From positions 1 to 53,541 of the IMG/VR virus record IMGVR_UViG_3300022751_000003: a DNA stretch of 53,541 bases; one strand, given 5' to 3'. This stretch comes from a virus. Below are positions 16,309 through 24,699 of this stretch, in pieces. The notes beneath the pieces were generated by a model. That model did no database searches. It was not told the DNA's origin and was given only the letters and a program-made list of their open reading frames with translations. Position numbers and translations under genes: made by a program. Numbering within the stretch: the stretch's first letter is position 1; the number at the start of each line of letters is the position of its first letter.

Positions 16309-16485
16309 ATGGCAAAGAAAATAAGAAACCCGCATGCATTCGTGATGCTATATGTCGGCAAGATGAAACCCCTTAATCAAGGTATTTATTCTCGAAACTT
16401 CATAAACAGAAGTGATAAGCCTAAAGAAAAAATATTTGTTTATCCGCAAGACGAATATTTATTTAATAACCCCTTCCTGTACTAA
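16309..16485 (+). CDS. hypothetical small protein (58 aa)
   Basis: Hand-read ORF MAKKIRNPHAFVMLYVGKMKPLNQ... that fills the gap. Confidence 0.35.
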   Translation: MAKKIRNPHAFVMLYVGKMKPLNQGIYSRNFINRSDKPKEKIFVYPQDEYLFNNPFLY

Positions 16486-16499
16486 CACCCACATCAATC

Positions 16500-16880
16500 A
16501 TGGAAAACAACAACCAGGGAGAGGAGTACTACCTAAGTCAAGAGTTCTACAATGAAATAATGATGGAGGCATATGCGGAAGAAGAAAAACACCTTGCCAA
16601 AATAAACCGCGATACGGAACGAATATTAAAAGCGGTATGCAACGTAATGGGCAAGCGTTATTATAAGTCTATTTTGAAGCTTATAAAAGGCCTTGAATTA
16701 TCAAATTCAATTAAAATAGTTCGTAGCCATCGCGGCCAGTTAAACCATGGGGTGTATGGGGTTATAAAAAGCTACTACGTTAGTCAATCATCATGCTACC
16801 CATGTGAAGATATGTTTTATGGCGATGTTTATGTAAAACTTAATAAAGGCAAATATTTGCAAATACACTTTTCTGATTAA
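16500..16880 (+). CDS. hypothetical protein (126 aa)
   Basis: ORF in a same-strand tiling. Confidence 0.55.
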   Translation: MENNNQGEEYYLSQEFYNEIMMEAYAEEEKHLAKINRDTERILKAVCNVMGKRYYKSILKLIKGLELSNSIKIVRSHRGQLNHGVYGVIKSYYVSQSSCYPCEDMFYGDVYVKLNKGKYLQIHFSD

Positions 16881-16884
16881 ACCC

Positions 16885-17094
16885 ATGAATAACGAACTAA
16901 CCGCCACCGAACACGCCTCTTTAGATGAGGCTGATAAGGGGAAGTATGTGGAGGTTGAATACTACCAAATGTTAGATGGTAATTGCAACTGGATTTACAT
17001 AAGCAAAGGTAAATATCACGATTTGCCAAAAACATACGCCACGAGGGTATGCCAAACATTCAGGCTCAAACAAAAAGGAGAACAAGAAAGATGA
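16885..17094 (+). CDS. hypothetical protein (69 aa)
   Basis: ORF whose stop overlaps the next ATG (ATGA). Confidence 0.5.
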   Translation: MNNELTATEHASLDEADKGKYVEVEYYQMLDGNCNWIYISKGKYHDLPKTYATRVCQTFRLKQKGEQER

Positions 17095-17369
17095 TATACA
17101 TTGATGAACCCCGCTCATATCCCGGCAAAGGTGTGTTCAGCCACATGGTAGGAGGTACAATTAAAGAACTACATGATTTTGCCGGTAAGGTTGGTATTAA
17201 CCGTTGTTGGTTCAGTAATAAAAAAGGTAAATGCCAGCCTCACTATGATGTTCGAAAAGCCGACTTTGATAAGTGTTTAGCGGGTGGCGCTGTACTAATT
17301 GAGCGTAGGTTTATAGCTGAATTTCTTAAACAAAATTATAGCAACCAAATAATCCAATTTAACCCATGA
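17091..17369 (+). CDS. DUF4031-like protein
   Basis: MIYIDEP...FSHMVGGTIKELHDFAGKVGINRCWF...PHYDVRKADFDKCLAGGA matches the DUF4031 pattern. Start set at the ATGA overlap. Confidence 0.5.
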   Translation: MIYIDEPRSYPGKGVFSHMVGGTIKELHDFAGKVGINRCWFSNKKGKCQPHYDVRKADFDKCLAGGAVLIERRFIAEFLKQNYSNQIIQFNP

Positions 17370-17409
17370 AACGAGATAACCAATTAGACCACACGAAAAA
17401 TTAACAACT

Positions 17410-17883
17410 ATGAATAAAAAATATGTATTAGGTTTCGCATTCGATTGGAAGCGCGAAAAGATTGTGTTAATACACAAAGAAAAGCCAGAGTGGCAAAAAG
17501 GTAAGCTTAATGGCGTAGGTGGCAAGGTCGAGAAAGAAGACGATTGCATTCATGCCGCAATGGTTCGTGAGTTCTTTGAAGAAACGGGTGTAATAACCCG
17601 ACAAGATGACTGGACGCATTACGCTACCATGTCATTTGATAATGACATACTTGGCGGAGGTGCTCAAATATACGTGTTCAGGATGCGAAATAACGAGGCT
17701 TTACAGGCATCAACATACGAACAGGAAGTTGTGGAGGTTATTCCTATGTCAGAGGTTTACAGCAAACCACTGATGCATAATTTACATATCCTGATACCTC
17801 TTGCCCTGCAAAAAGAATTTGGTTTTACACATCTTAACCAAGCTATGAAACCACAATCACCTGTTAAACCAACCAACGCATGA
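17410..17883 (+). CDS. Nudix-like hydrolase
   Basis: GGKVEKEDDCIHAAMVREFFEETGV resembles the Nudix box (REUxEExGU is exact; the E-to-RE spacer is two residues longer than canonical). Confidence 0.6.
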   Translation: MNKKYVLGFAFDWKREKIVLIHKEKPEWQKGKLNGVGGKVEKEDDCIHAAMVREFFEETGVITRQDDWTHYATMSFDNDILGGGAQIYVFRMRNNEALQASTYEQEVVEVIPMSEVYSKPLMHNLHILIPLALQKEFGFTHLNQAMKPQSPVKPTNA

Positions 17884-18416
17884 GCCAACCATTCAACCAC
17901 CTTTCATTCCAGTGGCAGGTAATCGATAAGATAGCCACCCCGAAGAACCCCAAAGGTGACGAGCCTTACGTACGGGATTGTATTTGCAGCGACTGTTTGC
18001 AAGATAACCGGAGTGATGCCGATGAGTTTGAGGACTTCGAACAATTCGCCGCCGCTCACAAAATGGAGACGGATGCAGAGCCAGGGACGTATGAGGGGTC
18101 AAAATTCCAATTGCGTTGGCAATATAACAATACTGGTGTGGCTGATGGTTTTTGGAGTTATGCAACTAATCCAAGCAACTATAAATCGTTTGAAAACTAT
18201 GCTGAAAACACATACTACCCTACCCGCCAGTTTCTCGAATACATAGGGGAAGCGAAAGGGGAAGAATTTTCAATAATAGCTACCGAAAGCCAAATAAAGC
18301 AGATGGGCGATGCCGTTACAGTATTAGCTGACTTTATTGCTGCCGGTATTCATATAGAGGACCTGCCGCCTGATGTAAAGCATATTGTATTACTTCACGC
18401 TAACAAAATTTATTAA
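17880..18416 (+). CDS. hypothetical protein (178 aa, acidic)
   Basis: ORF with an ATGA overlap to the Nudix-like gene. Confidence 0.55.
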   Translation: MSQPFNHLSFQWQVIDKIATPKNPKGDEPYVRDCICSDCLQDNRSDADEFEDFEQFAAAHKMETDAEPGTYEGSKFQLRWQYNNTGVADGFWSYATNPSNYKSFENYAENTYYPTRQFLEYIGEAKGEEFSIIATESQIKQMGDAVTVLADFIAAGIHIEDLPPDVKHIVLLHANKIY

Positions 18417-18419
18417 CCC

Positions 18420-19463
18420 ATGAACATACAAGTTGAAAAGCCAGCACTTTCCAAAATGGAAACTACTGAAAAGCCTATAGAGGTTAAGGGGGAAGAAAAA
18501 CACCTTCTTGATTTAGGAATTGAAGCCATATCGCTCATTAAAGCAGATGGTTTATATAATCAAGATATTGAAGCAGGCCGTGCTGATGCCTTATCGGACA
18601 CAGAGCCTGTAACCCATGAAGAATTAGCCGCAATAGATGGTGTAGAACCCGACCCTGAGCACCTAAAGTTCTATAATGAAACGCTGGTGCCTAAAGAAAG
18701 GGCAAGGCTACACAAGCAAGCTTTATACGTAGCTAAGGGCATTATTGAGTGGCAAAAACAGTATCCGGCTATCACTCCCCCAACCCATCCTGTTAAAGAG
18801 GGGGAGGGGGAAACGTACAGGGTTAGCGGAAGCCGAACAGGTGTTATTATCCTGAATAGCGGCGATCTTGATGCAGTAGCTACCTTTCATAGGAACCCGA
18901 ATATTGAACCAACCGAGGCCGCTATAAAGGTGTGTGAGTTTATGAACCAACTACATGCTAAAGTCAGTGTGTCTCATACAGAGCTAAAATATTACGATGA
19001 ATTAGCGGATAATATTCTCAATATTTCAGATGTGGGAGAAGCTTCTGTAAAGTTTGTTGTTGAACGCGGTTTGAATAGCATGTGTGCTGTAATATTTCAA
19101 AAAGGCTCACAATGGCAATCCCAAAAAACAGCCGCCGCCATAGAGGAAATAAAACAACTATCTGATAAAATTAAACAGTTGCAGGTCAAGTATGACGAAA
19201 ACGGTTACGACTTAAACCCTCTTATTCAATTGCAACGAATAGAACAGCATATTGACGCAGGTTTTGATATTTGGGCTAATAGATCTAAAACCCAAAAGGA
19301 TGAGTTAGAGGAACTGAAAGCGGAGAATGAACGGTGGCGCGAAGCGTATATGCAAATAAATAACCTTTGGAAAAACGAAACGAATATTACCGAGGCAAGC
19401 GGTTTGTTTCAATCGATGGAGGTTTTTGTAAAATTAAACCTACCTGTGCCTAACAGTATTTAA
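18420..19463 (+). CDS. hypothetical protein (347 aa, acidic, C-terminal coiled coil)
   Basis: Longest rightward ORF; no motif recognised. Confidence 0.6.
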   Translation: MNIQVEKPALSKMETTEKPIEVKGEEKHLLDLGIEAISLIKADGLYNQDIEAGRADALSDTEPVTHEELAAIDGVEPDPEHLKFYNETLVPKERARLHKQALYVAKGIIEWQKQYPAITPPTHPVKEGEGETYRVSGSRTGVIILNSGDLDAVATFHRNPNIEPTEAAIKVCEFMNQLHAKVSVSHTELKYYDELADNILNISDVGEASVKFVVERGLNSMCAVIFQKGSQWQSQKTAAAIEEIKQLSDKIKQLQVKYDENGYDLNPLIQLQRIEQHIDAGFDIWANRSKTQKDELEELKAENERWREAYMQINNLWKNETNITEASGLFQSMEVFVKLNLPVPNSI

Positions 19464-19475
19464 CCCCTATAAACC

Positions 19476-19763
19476 ATGAGCGATAACACCGTAGCATACA
19501 ACACAGCACTATCAGACCAACAAAAGATTGAGGATATTCAAAATTCTTGCGGTAAGGATAAGGATTTAACCTATACGCCATTTTGCTTTGCAAGAATTAT
19601 AAAACGATGGGCTTGTAAGTCGCCACGGATGATAAGTAAACCTTACGGGTTTAAATGCCCTGAGTGCGGTAATATGTTAGGCTTTAATTCAGAGCGACTG
19701 GTAGAAAGTCCATTAAACAAAATCAATCCCGAAACTTATAAATACCCATACCCTAACGATTAA
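19476..19763 (+). CDS. hypothetical protein (95 aa) with CxxC pair
   Basis: ORF containing KCPECGNMLGF. Confidence 0.5.
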   Translation: MSDNTVAYNTALSDQQKIEDIQNSCGKDKDLTYTPFCFARIIKRWACKSPRMISKPYGFKCPECGNMLGFNSERLVESPLNKINPETYKYPYPND

Positions 19764-19768
19764 CCACA

Positions 19769-19999
19769 ATGACCAATAACCCAACAGAGCAGTCAGCGGA
19801 AGACCTGAAAACATGCAATGAGGCATTCAAAACACTTTCAGATTATTGCAACTGGCAGAAATCAGAACGCACAAAGCAGAAGGAGCTTATCAACCAACTC
19901 CAAGAGGAATGTGAAACAATGACAAACTACTTAAAATATCTTAAGCTCGGAACAGGATTTAAACTGTTTAAGGATTCATTCAAATCACCCACAAAATAA
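19769..19999 (+). CDS. hypothetical protein (76 aa)
   Basis: ORF in a same-strand tiling. Confidence 0.5.
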   Translation: MTNNPTEQSAEDLKTCNEAFKTLSDYCNWQKSERTKQKELINQLQEECETMTNYLKYLKLGTGFKLFKDSFKSPTK

Positions 20000-20005
20000 C
20001 AAGAG

Positions 20006-20140
20006 ATGAAAATAGCTAAACCAAAAATCAAGGTAATATTTTCACATCAATGCCATGCCTGCAACAGGCATATGCAGGGTGCTAATAGAACTTATAATTA
20101 CTGCCCTTATTGTGGTACTCGAACTACTATAGCAAATTAA
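20006..20140 (+). CDS. small zinc-ribbon protein (44 aa)
   Basis: Hand-read ORF with CHACN...x...CPYCG (two CxxC pairs). Confidence 0.35.
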   Translation: MKIAKPKIKVIFSHQCHACNRHMQGANRTYNYCPYCGTRTTIAN

Positions 20141-20158
20141 CCCCCTCACGCAATAACA

Positions 20159-20413
20159 ATGAAAAGTAAAGAAGAAATTGAACAGGTTGCGGCAGAATAT
20201 CAAAACGGATTCCCATCAGGCACAGCGCGTAAATCAAGCTACATAGCAGGTTATAACGCTGCCATGGAAGACGCTATTGCGTTAGCTGAACAATGCGTAA
20301 AGGTCGCGCTGGAGAAGGCTATGAAGGTTGCATTAGACAACGGAGCGTTCAGCACGATGTCAGGCATTGAATCCCTTTCCCCATCCGAAATAGTTAAGGA
20401 GGTGGCGGGATGA
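20159..20413 (+). CDS. hypothetical protein (84 aa)
   Basis: ORF in a same-strand tiling. Confidence 0.5.
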   Translation: MKSKEEIEQVAAEYQNGFPSGTARKSSYIAGYNAAMEDAIALAEQCVKVALEKAMKVALDNGAFSTMSGIESLSPSEIVKEVAG

Positions 20414-20562
20414 AAACACCAAAGAGCGAACTACTAATAATTGGACTGTTATTAATCAATATATCTAAAGACAAAGGCAATATATTTTTTAGCTATACAT
20501 TAGGCGTTCTTCTTATTGTTATTTGGATGTTAAAATGGTTGCATTATATACTTAACAAATGA
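20410..20562 (+). CDS. small membrane protein (50 aa)
   Basis: Hand-read ORF MKTPKSELLIIGLLLINIS...LGVLLIVIWMLKWL with ATGA overlaps on both sides. Confidence 0.35.
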   Translation: MKTPKSELLIIGLLLINISKDKGNIFFSYTLGVLLIVIWMLKWLHYILNK

Positions 20563-20897
20563 AAAAACACATATTAACCCTAATCGCCGTAGTAGCTATG
20601 GCGGTGGGAGCGAAGGGGCAGAGTAGAACCTTAAGCGGAGGCGGTAAGACATACACGTTCCCAGATGCATCGAATAATGAACCATGGGAAAAGCGAGACA
20701 CCATACCCGTATACTATTGGCTTTTAAAGTTCGATGAGTTTGGGAAGCCTGTTATACCATGGGTTGGCGAAAAGGGCTTTAAGGTAGTAGATAACATCAG
20801 TGCCGTTTACTTAATGACACCTCATGCAACGTATTACCTGAAAGAAGATAAAAAAACTTTAATTAAAGACAGTATTGTAATACAAATCGAAAGATGA
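20559..20897 (+). CDS. exported protein (Sec signal peptide)
   Basis: N-terminus MKKHILTLIAVVAMAVGAKGQ: basic n-region, hydrophobic core, small-residue cleavage region. Confidence 0.55.
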   Translation: MKKHILTLIAVVAMAVGAKGQSRTLSGGGKTYTFPDASNNEPWEKRDTIPVYYWLLKFDEFGKPVIPWVGEKGFKVVDNISAVYLMTPHATYYLKEDKKTLIKDSIVIQIER

Positions 20898-21154
20898 AAG
20901 CAACCATTTTAACCATCCTCGCCTTAATAGTTTTGGCGGGGTGCAAACAAGGTGAGCCGGTTAAAAACGTCACCAACAGTAAAGATGATTTTGCAGTTCA
21001 ACTACTTTTCGAAGTGGATGGATGCAAGGTGTATCGATTTACAGATTACCGAACTGTATATTTCAGTGATTGCAGGGGCAAGATTGAAAGCACATATACG
21101 ACAAGATCTGGCAAGACAACCACTACTCATCAACAAGATACTTTAAACAATTAA
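20894..21154 (+). CDS. lipoprotein (lipobox LAGC)
   Basis: N-terminus MKATILTILALIVLAGCKQ has a signal peptide ending in an L-A-G-C lipobox. Confidence 0.55.
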   Translation: MKATILTILALIVLAGCKQGEPVKNVTNSKDDFAVQLLFEVDGCKVYRFTDYRTVYFSDCRGKIESTYTTRSGKTTTTHQQDTLNN

Positions 21155-21188
21155 CCCGCGCCGTTCGGATAAAACGGAATAGAGAAAG

Positions 21189-21392
21189 ATGACAGTAAAT
21201 TATGATAAAGAACATGATGCTATTATAGCTGAAATGGAGCCAAGTGAGGTAAATGTTATTGCCGGCCTTTTAGATAACGCTATTATTTCATACAAAGAAA
21301 AGTATGGTGATGAGCATCCATCTATGGCACACGAGGCATTTTTAATAAACCTAAAAAACATAACAGCAGTCCTTAAACCTTTTTTAACCTAA
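21189..21392 (+). CDS. hypothetical protein (67 aa)
   Basis: ORF preceded by a TAACCC-plus-hairpin spacer. Confidence 0.5.
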   Translation: MTVNYDKEHDAIIAEMEPSEVNVIAGLLDNAIISYKEKYGDEHPSMAHEAFLINLKNITAVLKPFLT

Positions 21393-21426
21393 CCCCCGCC
21401 GCTCACGGTATTGAGCAAGAAAGAAG

Positions 21427-21645
21427 ATGAAAGAAATACACTTGACCACCGAAGACGGATTTAGGTTCAAAATTGTAAAAGAACCTAACGACCCCATGAC
21501 AAACCGATTGTCTGTTGGAGGCTCAAAAGAAGAGGGTTGTTACATTGTTTATCGTGGCGATACACAAGTATGCCTTGATGTGCTTGAACAGTCTGTAGAA
21601 GCAATGAAACGTGCTTCTAATCAAAATAAAATTCAAAACAACTAA
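21427..21645 (+). CDS. hypothetical protein (72 aa)
   Basis: ORF preceded by a TAACCC-plus-hairpin spacer. Confidence 0.5.
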   Translation: MKEIHLTTEDGFRFKIVKEPNDPMTNRLSVGGSKEEGCYIVYRGDTQVCLDVLEQSVEAMKRASNQNKIQNN

Positions 21646-21646
21646 C

Positions 21647-21931
21647 ATGAAAACACTACAAGAAAAAATAAATTTTGTAAAAGGGCTATTACCCAACCAT
21701 TACACGATTAAAGAAAGTAAACAGCAGGGCAACATACATTGCAAATCTGAAATAGGCTTGCGTAAGGAACCATATCCTAATTCTAAAGGTCGAATGATTG
21801 ACGACGATGAAGATGAAGAAGCATGGTCTTTATTTATGAACAGTATAAAAACTGAGTTCAGCCCTGGTTTTAAAGAAGTGTTTCATAATACTTGTTTTTG
21901 CCACGTGGATTTCACCATTTACATTAACTAA
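21647..21931 (+). CDS. hypothetical protein (94 aa)
   Basis: Start moved to the ATG (MKTLQEK) one nt after the upstream stop. Confidence 0.5.
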   Translation: MKTLQEKINFVKGLLPNHYTIKESKQQGNIHCKSEIGLRKEPYPNSKGRMIDDDEDEEAWSLFMNSIKTEFSPGFKEVFHNTCFCHVDFTIYIN

Positions 21932-21964
21932 CCCCATCCCTGTAGGTAACAGGTAAAAAGAAAT

Positions 21965-22195
21965 ATGAACACAGTAACATTAAATTGGCGGCAAACTACA
22001 ATACATGGCATACCCGCACGTAAAGAAGAGACCGCATATTCGCAAGTGCCGTGCTTGGTTATCAAGCAAAAACAAATACTTATCTTAGTATTAAATCATG
22101 AGCATATGTGCTGGTATGATGAATCTGGAGACGATCACGATTGTGAAATAGGAGAAGTACAATATTGGTGCCCACTATCAGAATTAGAACTTTAA
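21965..22195 (+). CDS. hypothetical protein (76 aa)
   Basis: ORF preceded by a TAACCC-plus-hairpin spacer. Confidence 0.5.
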   Translation: MNTVTLNWRQTTIHGIPARKEETAYSQVPCLVIKQKQILILVLNHEHMCWYDESGDDHDCEIGEVQYWCPLSELEL

Positions 22196-22236
22196 CCAAA
22201 ACCGCCCGGCACAATAGGTCAGCCGGGGTAAATATT

Positions 22237-22626
22237 ATGAGTTTTATAACAAAAGCATGGGCATGGCTCACCGGAGCAGCTAAAAAAGTTAAAGCTGCAT
22301 TAAATATTGGCCGTGATGTAGCGAACGATATTAAGAAAGTTGTTGATAGCCCTTTATTAGACGTGGCAGTCAATCTAACAAAATCAGATTTAGACAATAA
22401 AGCACTGGCATGGATAAGGGCTGGTCTTGGCGTATTGATCGAGAATATTGGATGGGCTGATAAAAAGCTATCTGATTTTACAGATGAATCAAAGCCTTAT
22501 GTTTTAGCGACTATTGCAGCGGAAGCATCTGTACTTATAGCACAAGCCGCTAACATCGACCTTACCAGGCAGCAAGCAATAACAGCGGGTCAATTGGTGT
22601 ATGATGAAAAGTCGGTGCTGAAATGA
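22237..22626 (+). CDS. hypothetical protein (129 aa)
   Basis: Start set at the ATG (MSFITKAW) after the conserved spacer architecture. The longer track ORF overlaps the upstream gene. Confidence 0.5.
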   Translation: MSFITKAWAWLTGAAKKVKAALNIGRDVANDIKKVVDSPLLDVAVNLTKSDLDNKALAWIRAGLGVLIENIGWADKKLSDFTDESKPYVLATIAAEASVLIAQAANIDLTRQQAITAGQLVYDEKSVLK

Positions 22627-22799
22627 ACTTAGTAGATTGTTACGTAACTGCCATTTTAGGCAAGCCATATTTTAAGTATAAGAAGTATTGGCTCGATGTA
22701 GAGTATAATAGCTACGGACAAACCGACGTTACACAATTAATGTTTAACACAAAGGCCGAAGCCGAGCAGATAACAGTCGGCTATAAATTCTTAGCATAA
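22623..22799 (+). CDS. hypothetical small protein (58 aa)
   Basis: Hand-read ORF MNLVDCYVTAILGKPYFKYKKYW... with an ATGA overlap. Confidence 0.35.
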   Translation: MNLVDCYVTAILGKPYFKYKKYWLDVEYNSYGQTDVTQLMFNTKAEAEQITVGYKFLA

Positions 22800-22926
22800 T
22801 GATTAACCACTTCACCACCCACAGATACGCCTACATATTCCTCATAACCGTGTTGGCATTAGTTATAGGGCATTGGCTGATGTGGGAATAACATAGCGCG
22901 CCTCGGGTTCCGTGTAAGTCGCTGCT

Positions 22927-23199
22927 TTACTTATCCTCATTCGGCACTATACCAAACAGCTTACTAAAACCAAACGCCAAAGCATCGGCCATTTTAAGTA
23001 GTAGCATCCATTCAACCTTTGCGCCTTTGCTGATTAACTCAGTACCGGCAATCCAAATAGTAACCGCTGATGTTAAGATAAACACCGACCGGAACAGCCA
23101 GCTTGCCCAAACAGGAGTAGGCGCGCTTACTGCACCGAATTGAACTTTAGTTTCTGATACTGGTACCGCGGCGTTGTCAATTAGTATTTGCTTTTCCAT
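22927..23199 (-). CDS. two-TM membrane protein, holin candidate
   Basis: 90 aa. Hydrophobic segments WASWLFRSVFILTSAVTIWIAG and WMLLLKMADALAFGFSKLFGIV, with a charged C-terminal end. Last gene of the late strand, near the endolysin. Confidence 0.35.
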   Translation of the reverse strand: MEKQILIDNAAVPVSETKVQFGAVSAPTPVWASWLFRSVFILTSAVTIWIAGTELISKGAKVEWMLLLKMADALAFGFSKLFGIVPNEDK

Positions 23200-23256
23200 A
23201 ATTCGAATTTACGAAATAAAATTATAACTTAGTAACTCATTAAAATCTCACATAAA

Positions 23257-24219
23257 ATGAATGTATTGTCAGTTTTTGACGGCATGTCTTGCGGTCGCAT
23301 TGCTCTTGAAAGAGCCGGAATTAAAGTAACAAGTTATGTTGCTTCTGAAATAGAGGAAAACGCAATTAAGATCAGTAAAAAAAACTATCCTGACATAATG
23401 CATGTGGGCGATGTAAATCAAGTACATGTAACAAGATTAGGCATAGAGGTTGATAAAAGCGAATCCCATATGCGTGTTATTACTGTAAAGCCTGATATAT
23501 TAATTGGCGGCAGTCCATGTCAGGACGTTAGTTCATTGGCCGCTCTCCATGGGGATTTAGGATTGGCAGGTAAAAAATCGGGATTATTTTTTCAGTTTTT
23601 CAGGTTGTTAAAAGAATGTAGAGACGAAAACCCAAACGTGTTATTCCTGTTGGAAAATGTTGTAATGAAAGATGTACATGCAGCGGAAATAACAAAGCTA
23701 TTAGGAGTGCAACCTATTGTAATTAATAGCGGTATTTTTACAGCTCATAATCGTAAAAGAATGTACTGGACTAACATTCCCAATGTAAACCAACCAAGGA
23801 GCAATGAGGTTTACTTATCAAGCATTTTAGAATATGGATATGTTGACCGGGATAAAGCATATTGTTTAACCGCAACATACAATAATGCTTGCGTGCAGAA
23901 CTATTTTCTTAAATCTGAAAGGCAGCACAAGTTTTTAGTTCCATTTACTAAGGAGGGGAATAAATATATTATACATGACCCACAGGTTGGAGATGTTACT
24001 GTAAACCTACGTAAAGGCGTAAAAGCCGCTGAACAGCGAGAAGAATTATCTGTACTAAACAAATACACTTCTAAGCTATCCCCTGTTGAGTGCGAACGAC
24101 TGCAGGGAGTACCTGATAATTATACAGAAGGGGTTGCTAAAGCCTGGCGTTACCATATGCTAGGCAATGGATGGGAGTGTAAAACAATTACTCACTTATT
24201 TAAGCACATACCTCACTAA
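23257..24219 (+). CDS. DNA (cytosine-5)-methyltransferase, DNMT3-like motif set
   Basis: Motif I VLSVFDGMSCG, IV GGSPCQDVS, SGLFFQFFRLL, VI FLLENVV, AHNRKRMYWTN, QGVPDNYT, X LGNGWECKTITHLF. Confidence 0.9.
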   Translation: MNVLSVFDGMSCGRIALERAGIKVTSYVASEIEENAIKISKKNYPDIMHVGDVNQVHVTRLGIEVDKSESHMRVITVKPDILIGGSPCQDVSSLAALHGDLGLAGKKSGLFFQFFRLLKECRDENPNVLFLLENVVMKDVHAAEITKLLGVQPIVINSGIFTAHNRKRMYWTNIPNVNQPRSNEVYLSSILEYGYVDRDKAYCLTATYNNACVQNYFLKSERQHKFLVPFTKEGNKYIIHDPQVGDVTVNLRKGVKAAEQREELSVLNKYTSKLSPVECERLQGVPDNYTEGVAKAWRYHMLGNGWECKTITHLFKHIPH

Positions 24220-24246
24220 GTTAGTGAGATCATCTTGGTCGAGGCT

Positions 24247-24278
24247 AAAGCGGCTTACCCTAAACGGTGGCCGCTTTT
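24247..24278. terminator. hairpin between the convergent methyltransferase and endolysin genes
   Basis: AAAGCGGC-N15-GCCGCTTT followed by T-rich sequence on the plus strand. Confidence 0.5.
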
Positions 24279-24279
24279 A

Positions 24280-24699
24280 TTATGACAACTCAAAGTGTGG
24301 CTTATCCCAGCTACCCTTCCAATCACCGCCCCATCCAATCTTCACACCTAACTTACGGGCAACGAATTTAATATGGCTGGCAATAACGGATAACTTACCG
24401 TATTCATCGTTAAAATCAATCTTGCCATCAATATAAGGGTATAGGTCAACGGCATGATAATATCCGTCGGATTTGGCTTGGTGGTTAGACTTATTGCGCA
24501 CACCATCAGCATTGGTTACTTTTCCACCAGGAGCCGTACGCCCCTTAGCATACAATGCTTGTTGCTGAGCCGTAGTTCTACCTCCATCGGTTATAGTGAA
24601 GTCCACAGGCGTGTCTTTAATTGCCTCTTGCATAACTTTGATTAAGTTTGGGTGTACGCCTTTTAAGCTGTCTAAGCTACGTTTACCGAATTGTGCCAT
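24280..24699 (-). CDS. endolysin, peptidase M15 (VanY / L-Ala-D-Glu peptidase-like)
   Basis: SNHQAKSDGYYHAVDLYPY and WGGDWKGSWDKPHFEL are the M15 zinc-peptidase signatures. The track start is TTG; the ATG (MAQFGK) is at 24699. Confidence 0.8.
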   Translation of the reverse strand: MAQFGKRSLDSLKGVHPNLIKVMQEAIKDTPVDFTITDGGRTTAQQQALYAKGRTAPGGKVTNADGVRNKSNHQAKSDGYYHAVDLYPYIDGKIDFNDEYGKLSVIASHIKFVARKLGVKIGWGGDWKGSWDKPHFELS

